Shown here: positions 34,651 to 44,148 of the stretch, one piece after another | How positions within the stretch are numbered: position 1 is the stretch's first letter | How the letters are laid out: each line of letters starts with the position of its first letter | Assembly (NCBI GenBank): GCA_049719955.1 | Contig: JBNARC010000004.1 | Span: 16,782 to 80,781 of the forward strand | Direction of reading: 5' to 3' | From: Moorellales bacterium | GTDB taxonomy: Bacteria > Bacillota > DSM-521 > Neomoorellales > SLTJ01 | Length of the DNA stretch: 64,000 bases | Position numbers and translations under genes: made by a program | Notes under the pieces: model-generated | Seen by the model: the letters and a program-made list of their open reading frames with translations, nothing else | The model's database searches: none | Told to the model about the DNA's origin: nothing

Positions 34651-34866
34651 GTGATCGGTGTGGACGGAGAGTATTGGCGCCGCCACCCGGGCCGGGCGTG
34701 CGGCCTGGCCGCAGGGATGCTTTTCGGGCTTCTAGCCGTGGTGCTGGGTTTCTGGCAAGCGGTCTTCATCTTTTTCTGCGCCGGGGTGGGTTATCTACTG
34801 GCCTGGTGCTTGGAACCCTACGGGGGATTGTACGCCTTTTTGTCGCAGATCCTACGTAGACGTTAG
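34651..34866 (+). CDS. DUF2273-type small integral membrane protein
   Basis: The 71-aa protein has two TM helices and is the third gene of the asp23-amaP module. Confidence 0.65.
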   Translation: MIGVDGEYWRRHPGRACGLAAGMLFGLLAVVLGFWQAVFIFFCAGVGYLLAWCLEPYGGLYAFLSQILRRR

Positions 34867-34882
34867 GAGGAGAAAGCCTCAC

Positions 34883-35311
34883 TTGAGCAGGCGATTTGCC
34901 CGCCAAAAGGCCTTTCAGGTTCTTTTTCAGGTTGACGTTGGACGCACCCCCCTGGAGCTGGCGTGGCAGCAGGTCCTGGAAGAAGGGGGCCGACTGGCCG
35001 AGCCGCACTTGGGTTACGCCCGGGCGCTGGTGGACGGTGTGTTGGCCCACTTAGAGGAAATCGACCGGCTCATAAGCCACCATTCTTTTGACTGGCGGCT
35101 GGAGCGCATGGGCAGCGTGGACCGCAACATATTGCGGCTGGGAGCGTATGAGTTGCTTTATTGCCCGGACACGCCGGCCAGTGTGGTTATAAACGAGGCC
35201 ATTGAATTGGCCAAGCTTTACCATGACGAAGAAGCGGGTCGTTTCGTCAACGGTGTCCTGGATGCCATTAACAAAGCGCACCGGCCGGCAAAGGCAGACG
35301 AACAGGCCTGA
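34883..35311 (+). CDS. nusB: transcription antitermination factor NusB
   Basis: Contains 'RQKAFQVLFQVD', 'ERMGSVDRNILRLGAYELLY' and 'VVINEAIELAK'. Confidence 0.92.
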   Translation: MSRRFARQKAFQVLFQVDVGRTPLELAWQQVLEEGGRLAEPHLGYARALVDGVLAHLEEIDRLISHHSFDWRLERMGSVDRNILRLGAYELLYCPDTPASVVINEAIELAKLYHDEEAGRFVNGVLDAINKAHRPAKADEQA

Positions 35312-35386
35312 AGGACCGGCAGGAATGAACGGGAGAGGTTTCGAAATGATCTAAGGAGCTTTCAGTATAGAGGGGGGCCAGCATTA

Positions 35387-36247
35387 GTGGCAGCACAAAT
35401 TATTGACGGTAAGAAGATCGCGGCGGAGATTCGTGAGGAGATCCGGGCGGAGGTGGAGCAGCTCAAAGGTCAAGGACTGGAACCGGGACTGGCGGTGATA
35501 CTGGTGGGGGACAATCCGGCCTCGCAGATTTACGTCAATAACAAACACAAGGCCTGCGGAGAGCTGGGCATTTATTCGGAAGTGCACCACCTTCCCGGTG
35601 ATACCACGCAGGAAGAGCTACTGGCGTTGATCGATCGGCTTAACTCCGAACCCCGCATCCACGGTATTCTGGTACAGTTGCCGTTACCCCCACAGATTAA
35701 CGAAAAGGCGGTCATCGACGCCATCAATCCCGCGAAGGATGTAGATGGTTTTGGCCCGGCCAACGTGGGCAATCTGGTAATTGGCGAAGATTGTTTCTAT
35801 CCCTGTACCCCTCACGGTATCCTGGTTATGTTAGATAAGATCGGAGTAGACCCCAAAGGCAAGCGGGCGGTGGTGGTGGGTCGGAGCAATATTGTGGGTA
35901 AGCCCGTGGCTATGATGCTGTTGCACCGGCACGCCACCGTGACCATTTGTCACAGCCGCACTCCGGATCTGGCGGCAGAATGCCGGGGCGCGGATATTCT
36001 CGTGGTGGCCGTGGGTCAGCCGCGTCTGATTACCGGCGACATGATAAAGGAAGGGGCGGTAGTGATCGATGTAGGGGTCAACCGGCTGGAGAACGGCAAG
36101 GTGGTTGGGGACGTGGACTTTGCCAGCGCTTCCGAAAAGGCCGGCTGGATCACTCCGGTTCCCGGCGGAGTGGGCCCCATGACCATTACCATGCTTATGA
36201 AGAACACGGTGGAGGCGGCCAAGCGTCAGTGGAACCGCGGGTCTTAA
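35387..36247 (+). CDS. folD: bifunctional methylenetetrahydrofolate dehydrogenase/cyclohydrolase
   Basis: Contains '[12 protein letters not shown]', '[13 protein letters not shown]', 'GILVQLPLP' and '[14 protein letters not shown]'. Confidence 0.95.
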   Translation: MAAQIIDGKKIAAEIREEIRAEVEQLKGQGLEPGLAVILVGDNPASQIYVNNKHKACGELGIYSEVHHLPGDTTQEELLALIDRLNSEPRIHGILVQLPLPPQINEKAVIDAINPAKDVDGFGPANVGNLVIGEDCFYPCTPHGILVMLDKIGVDPKGKRAVVVGRSNIVGKPVAMMLLHRHATVTICHSRTPDLAAECRGADILVVAVGQPRLITGDMIKEGAVVIDVGVNRLENGKVVGDVDFASASEKAGWITPVPGGVGPMTITMLMKNTVEAAKRQWNRGS

Positions 36248-37473
36248 CGGTTTCCGAGCTTACCGCCTACCTGCGGGAACTCCTGGCCGGCGACCCGGTG
36301 TTGGCCGATGTCTGGGTGAAGGGGGAGATAACCAATTTTCGTCACCACTCCTCCGGTCACATGTACTTCTCCCTTCAGGACGGAGGAGCGGTAGTGAGGT
36401 GCGTAATGTTTCGCGCCCAAAACGGGCGCCTTTCTTTTAGACCGGCCAACGGCTTGGAGGTTATCGCCCGGGGCTATGTGTCCGTATATCCTCGGGACGG
36501 CCAGTATCAACTTTACGTCCGAGAAATGTGGCCAGGAGCAATGGGTAGTCTGTTTCTGGCCCTTCAGCAGCTCAAGGAGAAGTTGGCCCGCGAGGGCTTT
36601 TTCGCCGACGATCGCAAACGTCCCTTACCCCTATTGCCCCGACGGGTAGGGGTGGTCACCTCTCGTGACGGTGCCGCCCTACGTGATATAATCAGTGTGA
36701 TCCGGCGCCGGTGTCCGGTCATCCAGATTGTGCTGGCCCCGGTATTGGTACAAGGAGCAGGCGCTCCTCAGGCCATAGCCCGGGCCATCGGGTTGCTGAA
36801 TCAATACGGCGATGTGGACGTACTGATAGTGGGCCGGGGGGGCGGTTCAGGAGAGGATCTGGCCGCCTTCAATACCGAGGAAGTGGCCAGGGCCATTTAT
36901 TCTTCTCGGGTCCCGGTGGTGGCAGCGGTGGGTCACGAAATCGACTATACCATCGCCGATCTGGTGGCGGATAAGCGCGCCCCCACTCCTTCGGCGGCGG
37001 CGGAAATGGTGGCTCCTTCTCGGGTCGAGCTTCTTCAGCACCTGGCGGCGGTAGAAGCCCGAATGGAAGCCTCCTGCCGGCGCCGGCTGCAGGCGGCCGC
37101 TCAGCGCCTCGAACTGCTTGCCAGCCGTCCCTGCTTAAGCCGACCGGAAGTTCACCTAGATCGGTTTCGACAGCACCTGGACGAGTGCGCGGGAGATCTG
37201 GAGCGAGGATATACTTTGTTTCTAGAGGGGCTGACCCGGCGGCTGGAGCTGCTGGCGGCCAAATTGGACGACCTCAGTCCTCTGGCTGTGCTGAGGCGGG
37301 GTTATAGCGTATGTCGGCAGGAAGGGAGAATAATCCGGCGGGCCGACGAGGTGGAGTTGGACCGCCCGGTAGAGGTCTTGCTCTCACGAGGCCGACTTTG
37401 GTGCCGAGTAGAGGGAAGGGAAGAAGAGGGGGAGGAGTTTGGCGGAAACCATAACCTTCGAGGAGGCCCTTAG
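36229..37473 (+). CDS. xseA: exodeoxyribonuclease VII large subunit
   Basis: GTG 36229 gives '[19 protein letters not shown]...[24 protein letters not shown]'. The 94 upstream codons of the track ORF lie in an alternate frame of folD. Confidence 0.9.
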   Translation: MEPRVLTVSELTAYLRELLAGDPVLADVWVKGEITNFRHHSSGHMYFSLQDGGAVVRCVMFRAQNGRLSFRPANGLEVIARGYVSVYPRDGQYQLYVREMWPGAMGSLFLALQQLKEKLAREGFFADDRKRPLPLLPRRVGVVTSRDGAALRDIISVIRRRCPVIQIVLAPVLVQGAGAPQAIARAIGLLNQYGDVDVLIVGRGGGSGEDLAAFNTEEVARAIYSSRVPVVAAVGHEIDYTIADLVADKRAPTPSAAAEMVAPSRVELLQHLAAVEARMEASCRRRLQAAAQRLELLASRPCLSRPEVHLDRFRQHLDECAGDLERGYTLFLEGLTRRLELLAAKLDDLSPLAVLRRGYSVCRQEGRIIRRADEVELDRPVEVLLSRGRLWCRVEGREEEGEEFGGNHNLRGGP

Positions 37474-37690
37474 GCGCCTGGAGGCTATTGTTAAGCGTTT
37501 GGAAAGCGGAGACCTATCTCTGGAGGAGGCCCTGGCCGGCTTTGAAGAGGGAGTGAGTCTGGTCCGCTTTTGTCGGCAACGGCTCACGGCGGCCGAGCAG
37601 CGTCTGCAGTTGTTATTGGAGCAGGCCGACGGCACGGCGGTATGTCAGACCTGGGAGGAAGATCCCGGTGCCGGCCGCTCCGAACCCTAG
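37439..37690 (+). CDS. xseB: exodeoxyribonuclease VII small subunit
   Basis: Contains '[27 protein letters not shown]'. Length is 83 aa. Confidence 0.9.
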   Translation: MAETITFEEALRRLEAIVKRLESGDLSLEEALAGFEEGVSLVRFCRQRLTAAEQRLQLLLEQADGTAVCQTWEEDPGAGRSEP

Positions 37691-37708
37691 AGGAAGGAAG
37701 ACCTTGAC

Positions 37709-38599
37709 TTGGATCTGGCAGCCTACCTGGAAGAGAAACGCCGGTTGGTAGATGCCGCCCTGGATCGATATCTACCCCCGGAAACCGCTTATCCTCCGCG
37801 CATACATCAGGCCATGCGCTACAGCTTATTCGCCGGTGGCAAGCGCTTACGGCCGATCTTGGTGCTCATGGCCTCGGAAGTGTGCGGGGGCAGCGAGGAC
37901 CGGGTCTTGCCGGCGGCCTGCGCCGTGGAGCTGGTGCACACCTATTCCCTGATCCACGACGACCTGCCCGCCATGGACGACGACGACTTGCGCCGGGGAC
38001 GGCCTACGTGTCATCGCGCCTTCGACGAAGCCACTGCCATCCTGGCCGGAGACGCGCTCTTGAGCTACGCCTTTTGGTTGTTGGCGCACGAGCTCCCACG
38101 CGGCGGAGTATCGGAGGCGGTTACCGTGGCGGTGATTGAAGAGCTGGCTGAGGCCGCCGGCGTAAGGGGCTTAATCGCCGGGCAGGTGGCGGACCTGGCA
38201 GCCGAGGGTCGGCGGGTAGATGAGGAGGAGTTGACCTATATTCACCGTCACAAGACGGCCTCGCTATTTGTAGCCTGTCTCCGTATAGGCGGTCGGCTGG
38301 GCGGGGCGGGAGAGAGGGAACTGGAGGCGCTTGAGGAGTTCGGGCTGGAACTGGGGTTGGCATTTCAGATAGTGGATGATATACTAGATGTGACCGGGGA
38401 AGTCTCCAAGCTGGGTAAGGAGCCGGGATCGGATCAAAGGCGGGAAAAGGCCACATTTCCGGCTCTTCTCGGCCTGGAAGGAGCCCGGCGTAGGGGGCGG
38501 GAAGCTACCGAAAGGGCGCTGGTCGCCGCCGAGCGGCTGGGGCCCGGAGCCTGGCGGTTGCGGGAACTGGCCCTATACCTCCTAGGCCGGGACCGTTGA
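37709..38599 (+). CDS. ispA: (2E,6E)-farnesyl diphosphate synthase
   Basis: Contains 'GGKRLRP' and both Asp-rich motifs, 'IHDDLPAMDDDDLRRG' and 'FQIVDDILD'. Confidence 0.92.
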   Translation: MDLAAYLEEKRRLVDAALDRYLPPETAYPPRIHQAMRYSLFAGGKRLRPILVLMASEVCGGSEDRVLPAACAVELVHTYSLIHDDLPAMDDDDLRRGRPTCHRAFDEATAILAGDALLSYAFWLLAHELPRGGVSEAVTVAVIEELAEAAGVRGLIAGQVADLAAEGRRVDEEELTYIHRHKTASLFVACLRIGGRLGGAGERELEALEEFGLELGLAFQIVDDILDVTGEVSKLGKEPGSDQRREKATFPALLGLEGARRRGREATERALVAAERLGPGAWRLRELALYLLGRDR

Positions 38600-38719
38600 G
38601 TACCGACTACCGTGGACCTAGTACCGCAAGCAGTACCAGAGGCGATCGGCATTCCTGAGGACGGGCCGGGCTTCGCCTAGAGGCGGGTCTGATCGGTCCG
38701 GGAGCGCTTCGCCTTTTTG

Positions 38720-39370
38720 CTTCTTTATCGGCGCGAGCCTCCGATCGGTAGGTGGTGCAGTATTCTAGTCAGGAAGGCTTCTTCTGAAGGCGGGCCTAAA
38801 AATCCGCCAAGGGCACAGCGATGAAGCTTCTGGTGCTGGCCGCTGACGCCCAGTCGGGGGCTGGTGCTGGGAGACTAGGGGGCCGGGCAGCCCGCAATGG
38901 CATGCGGGTGGCGTCCCGACCTCCGCGGAGACCTGAGTGCGTGGTCTGGCGGCTACGGCTCAGGAGAGAAACCTGCATGTCGGTACGTCGGGTGCTGGCT
39001 GCAGTGTAGCCTGCCCTGAGTGGTACGGGCGGATGTTGGCGATGACCCGTCGAGCCTGTGGGCCGCAGGCTCGGTTCGGTAGCGGCTGAAACTCGTGCTG
39101 CAAAAGGGGCTAGGAAGAGGCCGGACTGTCGAGGAAAGCTCCTAGACTGCCTACCGCTAGGGTAGGGCCCAGCCGGGATTAAAGTGTGCTCTAAGTGGTA
39201 ATCTAGCCCTGCCTTGGGCGACCGGGCAGTGCGGTCCTTAAAGGGAAACCGCCGGGTCGGCGACGGCCGGTGGACCGTAGGGAAAGCCTGCTAGACCTTA
39301 AGGCGCAACGTTTACCGGCTGGGCTACCACCTGCCGTAGGTTAATTCATTCGTCAGAGGAATCGGGGTGG
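38720..39370 (+). ncRNA. ole: probable OLE (ornate, large, extremophilic) RNA; boundaries approximate
   Basis: The 778-nt gap has no credible ORF and lies exactly in the ispA - X - small membrane protein - dxs context known for OLE RNA. Numerous GC-rich local helices are visible. The consensus could not be aligned by eye. Confidence 0.65.
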
Positions 39371-39377
39371 AAACCGG

Positions 39378-39938
39378 ATGGCTAAGTCCGGGGTTTCCGG
39401 TCGAAGGGCATTGCTTGCAGGTAGCGGTGCCTTTTTTTTGGCCGCCTTGGTAGGGGCCGGTTCTCAAACGGTGGTCGGCAACCTCGCCTCGTTGCCGCTG
39501 GCTTTCGGCCTGCTGCTGATGGTGGTTCTTGCAGGCATAATTTTTGATATAATTGGCGTAGCGGCCACGGCGGCGCGGGAAACCGGACTTCACGCTAAAG
39601 CCGCGCGTCGGGTGGCCGGTGCCAAACAGGCGTTGAACCTGGTGCGCAACGCCCACCACGTGGCCAGCTTTTGCAACGACATGGTGGGCGACATCTGCGC
39701 CACCCTCAGCGGCGCCATGGGAGCGGTGATAGTCTTTCGGCTGGCCGAGCCGGAAAACCGGTTGTGGGCAGGCATACTGATGACCGCCGCTATTTCCGGC
39801 GCTACCATCGGGGGTAAGGCCTGGTGCAAGGGGTTGGCCATCGGTCGGGCGGATGAGATCACCTTCCAGGTGGGCCGCCTCCTCTACGGACTGCAGCAGG
39901 GACTGATGACTTTGGGCAGACGGAAAGGGAAGCGATAA
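39378..39938 (+). CDS. oapA: OLE-associated protein A-like small four-helix membrane protein
   Basis: The 186-aa protein has four hydrophobic segments. Its stop overlaps the dxs ATG (TAATG). It lies immediately downstream of the large non-coding region. Confidence 0.65.
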   Translation: MAKSGVSGRRALLAGSGAFFLAALVGAGSQTVVGNLASLPLAFGLLLMVVLAGIIFDIIGVAATAARETGLHAKAARRVAGAKQALNLVRNAHHVASFCNDMVGDICATLSGAMGAVIVFRLAEPENRLWAGILMTAAISGATIGGKAWCKGLAIGRADEITFQVGRLLYGLQQGLMTLGRRKGKR

Positions 39939-41830
39939 TGTGGTTAGAGAGAATAGAAGGCCCCCAAGATCTGAAGCACCTCACTGCCGGGCAGTTGGAA
40001 CAGTTGGCGCAGGAAATTCGGGAGGAACTGGTACGAACCGTGGCCTGCAATGGCGGGCACCTGGCAGCCAACCTGGGAGTGGTGGAACTGACCATTGCCC
40101 TTCACCGGGTATTTGATTCTCCACGAGACAAGATAATCTGGGACGTTGGGCACCAGTGCTACGTTCACAAACTGCTAACCGGAAGACGGCGCGAGTTTGC
40201 CAGTTTGCGTCGGTACGGGGGGCTCAGTGGCTTTCCTAAACGAGAAGAAAGCCCCCATGACTCTTTCAATACCGGCCACAGCAGTACCTCCATTTCCGCC
40301 GCGCTGGGTCTGGCGCTGGCAAGGGACCTCAGGGGAGACCACTTCGAGGTGGTGGCGGTTATCGGCGACGGAGCCATGACCGCCGGCATGGCCTTCGAGG
40401 CCATGAACCACGCCGGCCACCTTCGGACCCACCTTATTGTGGTTCTCAACGATAACGAACGCTCCATAGAGAATAGCGTAGGGGCCATGGCCGCCTACCT
40501 GGCGCGGTTGCGGGCCAGCACCACTTATGCCCGTAGCAAGGAGCGATTCAAGGAGATGCTGCGGTCGTGGTCGCCTGCCGGATCCAAGGTTCTTAAGGTG
40601 GCGGAGAGGCTGAAGGGCAGCCTAAAGTACTTAGTGGTGCCGGGCATGGTATTTGAAGAGCTGGGCTTTACCTATTTGGGGCCGGTGGACGGGCACGACC
40701 TGGAGGCGCTGCAGGAGGTGCTATCCTGGGCGAGAAGGATAGAAGGGCCGGTGCTGGTCCACGTTCTGACCCAGAAGGGGAAGGGTTACCCGCCGGCAGA
40801 GAATAGCCCGGAGGTTTTTCACGGCATCGGGCCTTTTGATCCGGCGAGCGGCCGACCCAAGGATCAGTCTCCGGTCCCCTCTTACTCGGCGGTTTTCGGT
40901 CAGACGCTGGTGCGCCTGGCCGAGGAAGACTCCCGGATAGTGGCCATTACCGCCGCCATGACGGGCGGAACCGGACTGGAGGAGTTTGCCCGTCGGTTCC
41001 CCCAGCGTTTCTTCGACGTGGGAATTGCCGAGCAGCACGCGGTAACTCTGGCGGCGGGTCTGGCGTGTGCGGGACTGAGGCCGGTAGTAGCGGTCTACTC
41101 TACCTTTCTTCAGCGCGCCTACGATCAGGTGGTACACGACGTTTGCCTCCAGCGCCTTCCGGTGGTGCTGGCGGTGGATCGTGCCGGCCTGGTAGGGGAG
41201 GATGGCGAGACCCATCAGGGGGTTTTCGACCTGGCCTACCTGCGACATATTCCCCAAATAGCGGTAATGGCTCCCAAAGATGAGGCCGAACTGCAACACC
41301 TCTTGCTTACGGCGCTAGAGTTGGGGGGGCCGGCGGCGCTGCGTTATCCTCGGGGACGCGGCCGAGGGGTGGGCCTGGCCACCAGGCCCTGGCCCTTACC
41401 GGTGGGACGGGGAGAGTTGTTGCGGGAGGGTCGACACCTGGTAATCGCCGCCATAGGCCCCTTGGTTTACGAGGCGCTGAAGGCGGCAGAACTGTTGAGT
41501 GCCAGGGGAATAGAGGTGGCAGTGATTAACGCCCGGTTCGTCAAGCCCCTGGACCGGGAGTTGATTGTGGAGCAGGTACGCCGTACCGGCTACCTGCTCA
41601 CGGTGGAGGAGCACGTATTGGCCGGCGGTTTCGGTAGTGCGGTACTGGAGTTGCTCGCCGCCGAGGGCATAAGGCCGAATGGGGTTCGCTGCCTGGGTAT
41701 TTCGGATTGTTTTGTGAGTCACGGCCGCCCGGACGAGCTACGCGCCGAGCTGGGCCTAGACGCTCGGGGAATCGCGGCCGCAGCCGAGGCTATGCTTCGG
41801 CCGGGATACGCGTGCGCCGGGTGGGGATAA
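39938..41830 (+). CDS. dxs: 1-deoxy-D-xylulose-5-phosphate synthase
   Basis: Contains '[18 protein letters not shown]', '[15 protein letters not shown]', '[13 protein letters not shown]' and '[11 protein letters not shown]'. Confidence 0.95.
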   Translation: MWLERIEGPQDLKHLTAGQLEQLAQEIREELVRTVACNGGHLAANLGVVELTIALHRVFDSPRDKIIWDVGHQCYVHKLLTGRRREFASLRRYGGLSGFPKREESPHDSFNTGHSSTSISAALGLALARDLRGDHFEVVAVIGDGAMTAGMAFEAMNHAGHLRTHLIVVLNDNERSIENSVGAMAAYLARLRASTTYARSKERFKEMLRSWSPAGSKVLKVAERLKGSLKYLVVPGMVFEELGFTYLGPVDGHDLEALQEVLSWARRIEGPVLVHVLTQKGKGYPPAENSPEVFHGIGPFDPASGRPKDQSPVPSYSAVFGQTLVRLAEEDSRIVAITAAMTGGTGLEEFARRFPQRFFDVGIAEQHAVTLAAGLACAGLRPVVAVYSTFLQRAYDQVVHDVCLQRLPVVLAVDRAGLVGEDGETHQGVFDLAYLRHIPQIAVMAPKDEAELQHLLLTALELGGPAALRYPRGRGRGVGLATRPWPLPVGRGELLREGRHLVIAAIGPLVYEALKAAELLSARGIEVAVINARFVKPLDRELIVEQVRRTGYLLTVEEHVLAGGFGSAVLELLAAEGIRPNGVRCLGISDCFVSHGRPDELRAELGLDARGIAAAAEAMLRPGYACAGWG

Positions 41831-41850
41831 AGCTGCGGAAGGCAGGGCTC

Positions 41851-42717
41851 ATGAAGGCGGATCGGCCTACCGGGGAGGGATCGCGCCCAAGGTTGGGGGT
41901 GGATGCGCCGACGGATAAGCAGCGCTTGGACGTACTACTGGTGCAGAGGGGCCTTTGTGCCAGCCGCGAGCAGGCGCGAGCTCGCATTCTGGCCGGTCAG
42001 GTAACGGTGGACGGCCGGCTGGTAGACAAGCCCGGAACCAGGGTAGAAGAGAGCGCTCGAATCCGGCTGGAAGGTGAGCCTCAACGCTACGTCAGCCGAG
42101 GCGGTTTGAAGCTCGAGCGGGCCCTGGCGGTATTTGGCGTGGACCTGAGCGGCAGGGTGGTGCTGGACGTAGGCGCGTCCACGGGTGGCTTTACCGATTG
42201 CGCTCTGCAGCACGGGGCCGCGAAGGTTTACGCCGTGGACGTGGGTTACGGCCAGTTGGCCTGGAAACTGCGCCAGGATCCGCGGGTGGTGGTGCTGGAG
42301 CGGACCAACATACGCTACCTGGACCGTTCGCGGCTGGGCGAGGCGGTAGACTTGGCCACGATTGACGTCAGCTTCATCTCCCTACTGAAGGTGCTACCGG
42401 CGGTGAGCCGGTTGCTGCGGCCGCAGGGCCAGGTGTTGGCCTTGGTGAAGCCCCAGTTTGAGGCCGGTCGCGACAAGGTGGGCAAACGGGGAGTGGTGCG
42501 GGAGGCCGCGGTTCACCGCCAGGTCCTGGAGCGAGTTGTCCTCGGGGCGCAGGAGCACGGATTCTTTGCCCGGGGAGTTACCTATTCCCCGCTGAAGGGG
42601 CCGGAAGGAAATATAGAGTTTTGGCTCTGGATGGGACTCGAACAGGGACCGGGATCGGGCATGGTACCGGACCAACTGGAGCGGGTGGTGGCCGAGGCTC
42701 ACCGGGTGTTGAGATAA
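41851..42717 (+). CDS. tlyA: TlyA-family rRNA (cytidine-2'-O)-methyltransferase (S4 + FtsJ domains)
   Basis: ATG 41851. Contains 'RLDVLLVQRGLCASREQARARILAGQVTVDG' and 'VLDVGASTGGFTDC'. Confidence 0.88.
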   Translation: MKADRPTGEGSRPRLGVDAPTDKQRLDVLLVQRGLCASREQARARILAGQVTVDGRLVDKPGTRVEESARIRLEGEPQRYVSRGGLKLERALAVFGVDLSGRVVLDVGASTGGFTDCALQHGAAKVYAVDVGYGQLAWKLRQDPRVVVLERTNIRYLDRSRLGEAVDLATIDVSFISLLKVLPAVSRLLRPQGQVLALVKPQFEAGRDKVGKRGVVREAAVHRQVLERVVLGAQEHGFFARGVTYSPLKGPEGNIEFWLWMGLEQGPGSGMVPDQLERVVAEAHRVLR

Positions 42718-42733
42718 GTGAAGGGGCCGAAAG

Positions 42734-43618
42734 ATGCAGACCTTGGGCTTGGTTCTCAATCCTACCAAGGATACGGTACCGCAAATCGCCCGGGAAATGG
42801 CGGAATGGCTGCGGCGCCGCGGGGTGAAGGTGGCGCTTTCTCCCGCTCACGCCCGTCTGGCCGGGATGGAGCAGTGGGGGGTGGAGGAAGAGGAATTGGT
42901 TCGGCAGGTTGACTGTCTGGTAGCCCTGGGCGGAGACGGGACTCTGCTGGCTGCGGCCCAATTGGCCGTAACCGGAGATAAGCCGTTATTGGGGGTTAAC
43001 TTGGGCCACCTGGGTTTTCTTACCGAGGTAGAACTGCCGGATCTGTTCCCGGGACTGGAAAGGTTGCTGGCCGGGGACTACCGCCTGGAGGAGCGAATGT
43101 TGTTGAAGGGCGAGGTATGGCGAGAAGGCGAGCGAGGCGGAAGCTTTTGCGCCCTCAACGATCTGGTAGTTAGCAGGGGAGCTTTCTCCCGTCTCTTGGA
43201 GCTGCGCACCTATGTGGAGGAAGACTTCGTGGCCACCTATCCTGCTGACGGGCTCATCGTTAGCACTCCCACTGGTTCTACCGCCTATTCTCTGGCCGCA
43301 GGGGGACCCATAATTGTGCCCTCATTGGAGGTAATACTGCTCACCCCCATCTGCCCCCACACTTTTTACGCCCGACCTTTGGTTATCGAGGCCGACAGGC
43401 AGGTGCGGATTCGAGTGGAAACCGAGAGGGCCGAGGCCATGCTGACGGTGGACGGCCAGCGGGGTTATCCCTTAAGGTGGGGGGACGAAGTGCGGGTTAC
43501 CAAGGCGCCGAGGCGGTTGCGGCTGGTCAAACTGGGAACGCGCTCCTTTTTCCAGATCATGCGTCAAAAGCTGCACTTGGGTGAGAATAAGGGAAGTGGT
43601 GGCCTTTGGGCAAACTAG
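42734..43618 (+). CDS. nadK: NAD+ kinase
   Basis: Contains 'LGGDGTLL', 'GVNLGHLGFLT' and 'DGLIVSTPTGSTAYSLAAGGPI'. Confidence 0.92.
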   Translation: MQTLGLVLNPTKDTVPQIAREMAEWLRRRGVKVALSPAHARLAGMEQWGVEEEELVRQVDCLVALGGDGTLLAAAQLAVTGDKPLLGVNLGHLGFLTEVELPDLFPGLERLLAGDYRLEERMLLKGEVWREGERGGSFCALNDLVVSRGAFSRLLELRTYVEEDFVATYPADGLIVSTPTGSTAYSLAAGGPIIVPSLEVILLTPICPHTFYARPLVIEADRQVRIRVETERAEAMLTVDGQRGYPLRWGDEVRVTKAPRRLRLVKLGTRSFFQIMRQKLHLGENKGSGGLWAN

Positions 43619-44067
43619 CTCGGCAGCGGGCGGTCTTAGAGATTATTGCCGAACAGGTGGTATCTACCCAGGGGCAACTGGCCTCCGAGCTGCGTAAGCG
43701 GGGCTACCTGGTGACCCAGGCCACGGTGTCTCGCGACATAAGGGAGTTGGGGTTGATTAAGGTTCCGGCCGCCGGGGGAGTATACCGTTACGCTCTACCG
43801 GGTGAGACCCCGCCGTCGGCCGAGGCTTACGCCCGCCTTAGGCGGCTCTTTAGGGATTCGGTAGTCAACGTGGATTATAGCGAAAACCTCATCTTGATCC
43901 GCACCCTGCCCGGCACCGCCCAAGCGGTGGCCTCTTGTATTGACGGCGTCCGCTGGCCGGAGATCTTGGGAACGGTGGCCGGAGACGATACCATTCTGGT
44001 AATCGTGAAGCCCAAGAAGGCGGTGCCTCAAGCGGTACATAGGTTTAGGGAACTAATGGCCGAATGA
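43606..44067 (+). CDS. argR: arginine repressor
   Basis: Contains 'QGQLASELRKRGYLVTQATVSRDIRELGLIKV' and 'GTVAGDDTILVI'. Confidence 0.9.
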   Translation: MGKLARQRAVLEIIAEQVVSTQGQLASELRKRGYLVTQATVSRDIRELGLIKVPAAGGVYRYALPGETPPSAEAYARLRRLFRDSVVNVDYSENLILIRTLPGTAQAVASCIDGVRWPEILGTVAGDDTILVIVKPKKAVPQAVHRFRELMAE

Positions 44068-44148
44068 TCTCTCTAAAGGCGACGCAAGTATCTTAGGTTG
44101 GCACACGATACGCCCAAAGAATGGGGACACACCGGAAGGGTGAGAGCG

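Noticed and set aside
38796-39009. 60-62-aa ORFs on both strands inside the ispA-dxs gap.
   Set aside because: They are Arg/Ala/Gly-rich with no Shine-Dalgarno sequence and mutually overlap. The region is better explained as a structured ncRNA of the OLE class.
39131-39138. A GAGGAAAG string, resembling the RNase P RNA CR-I motif, inside the large non-coding region.
   Set aside because: The following bases (CUCCUAGAC) do not continue the RNase P consensus (GUCCGGGCUCC). Other universally conserved RNase P blocks are absent, such as the ACAGAA...CCCGGCUUA 3' region. The genomic context fits OLE instead.
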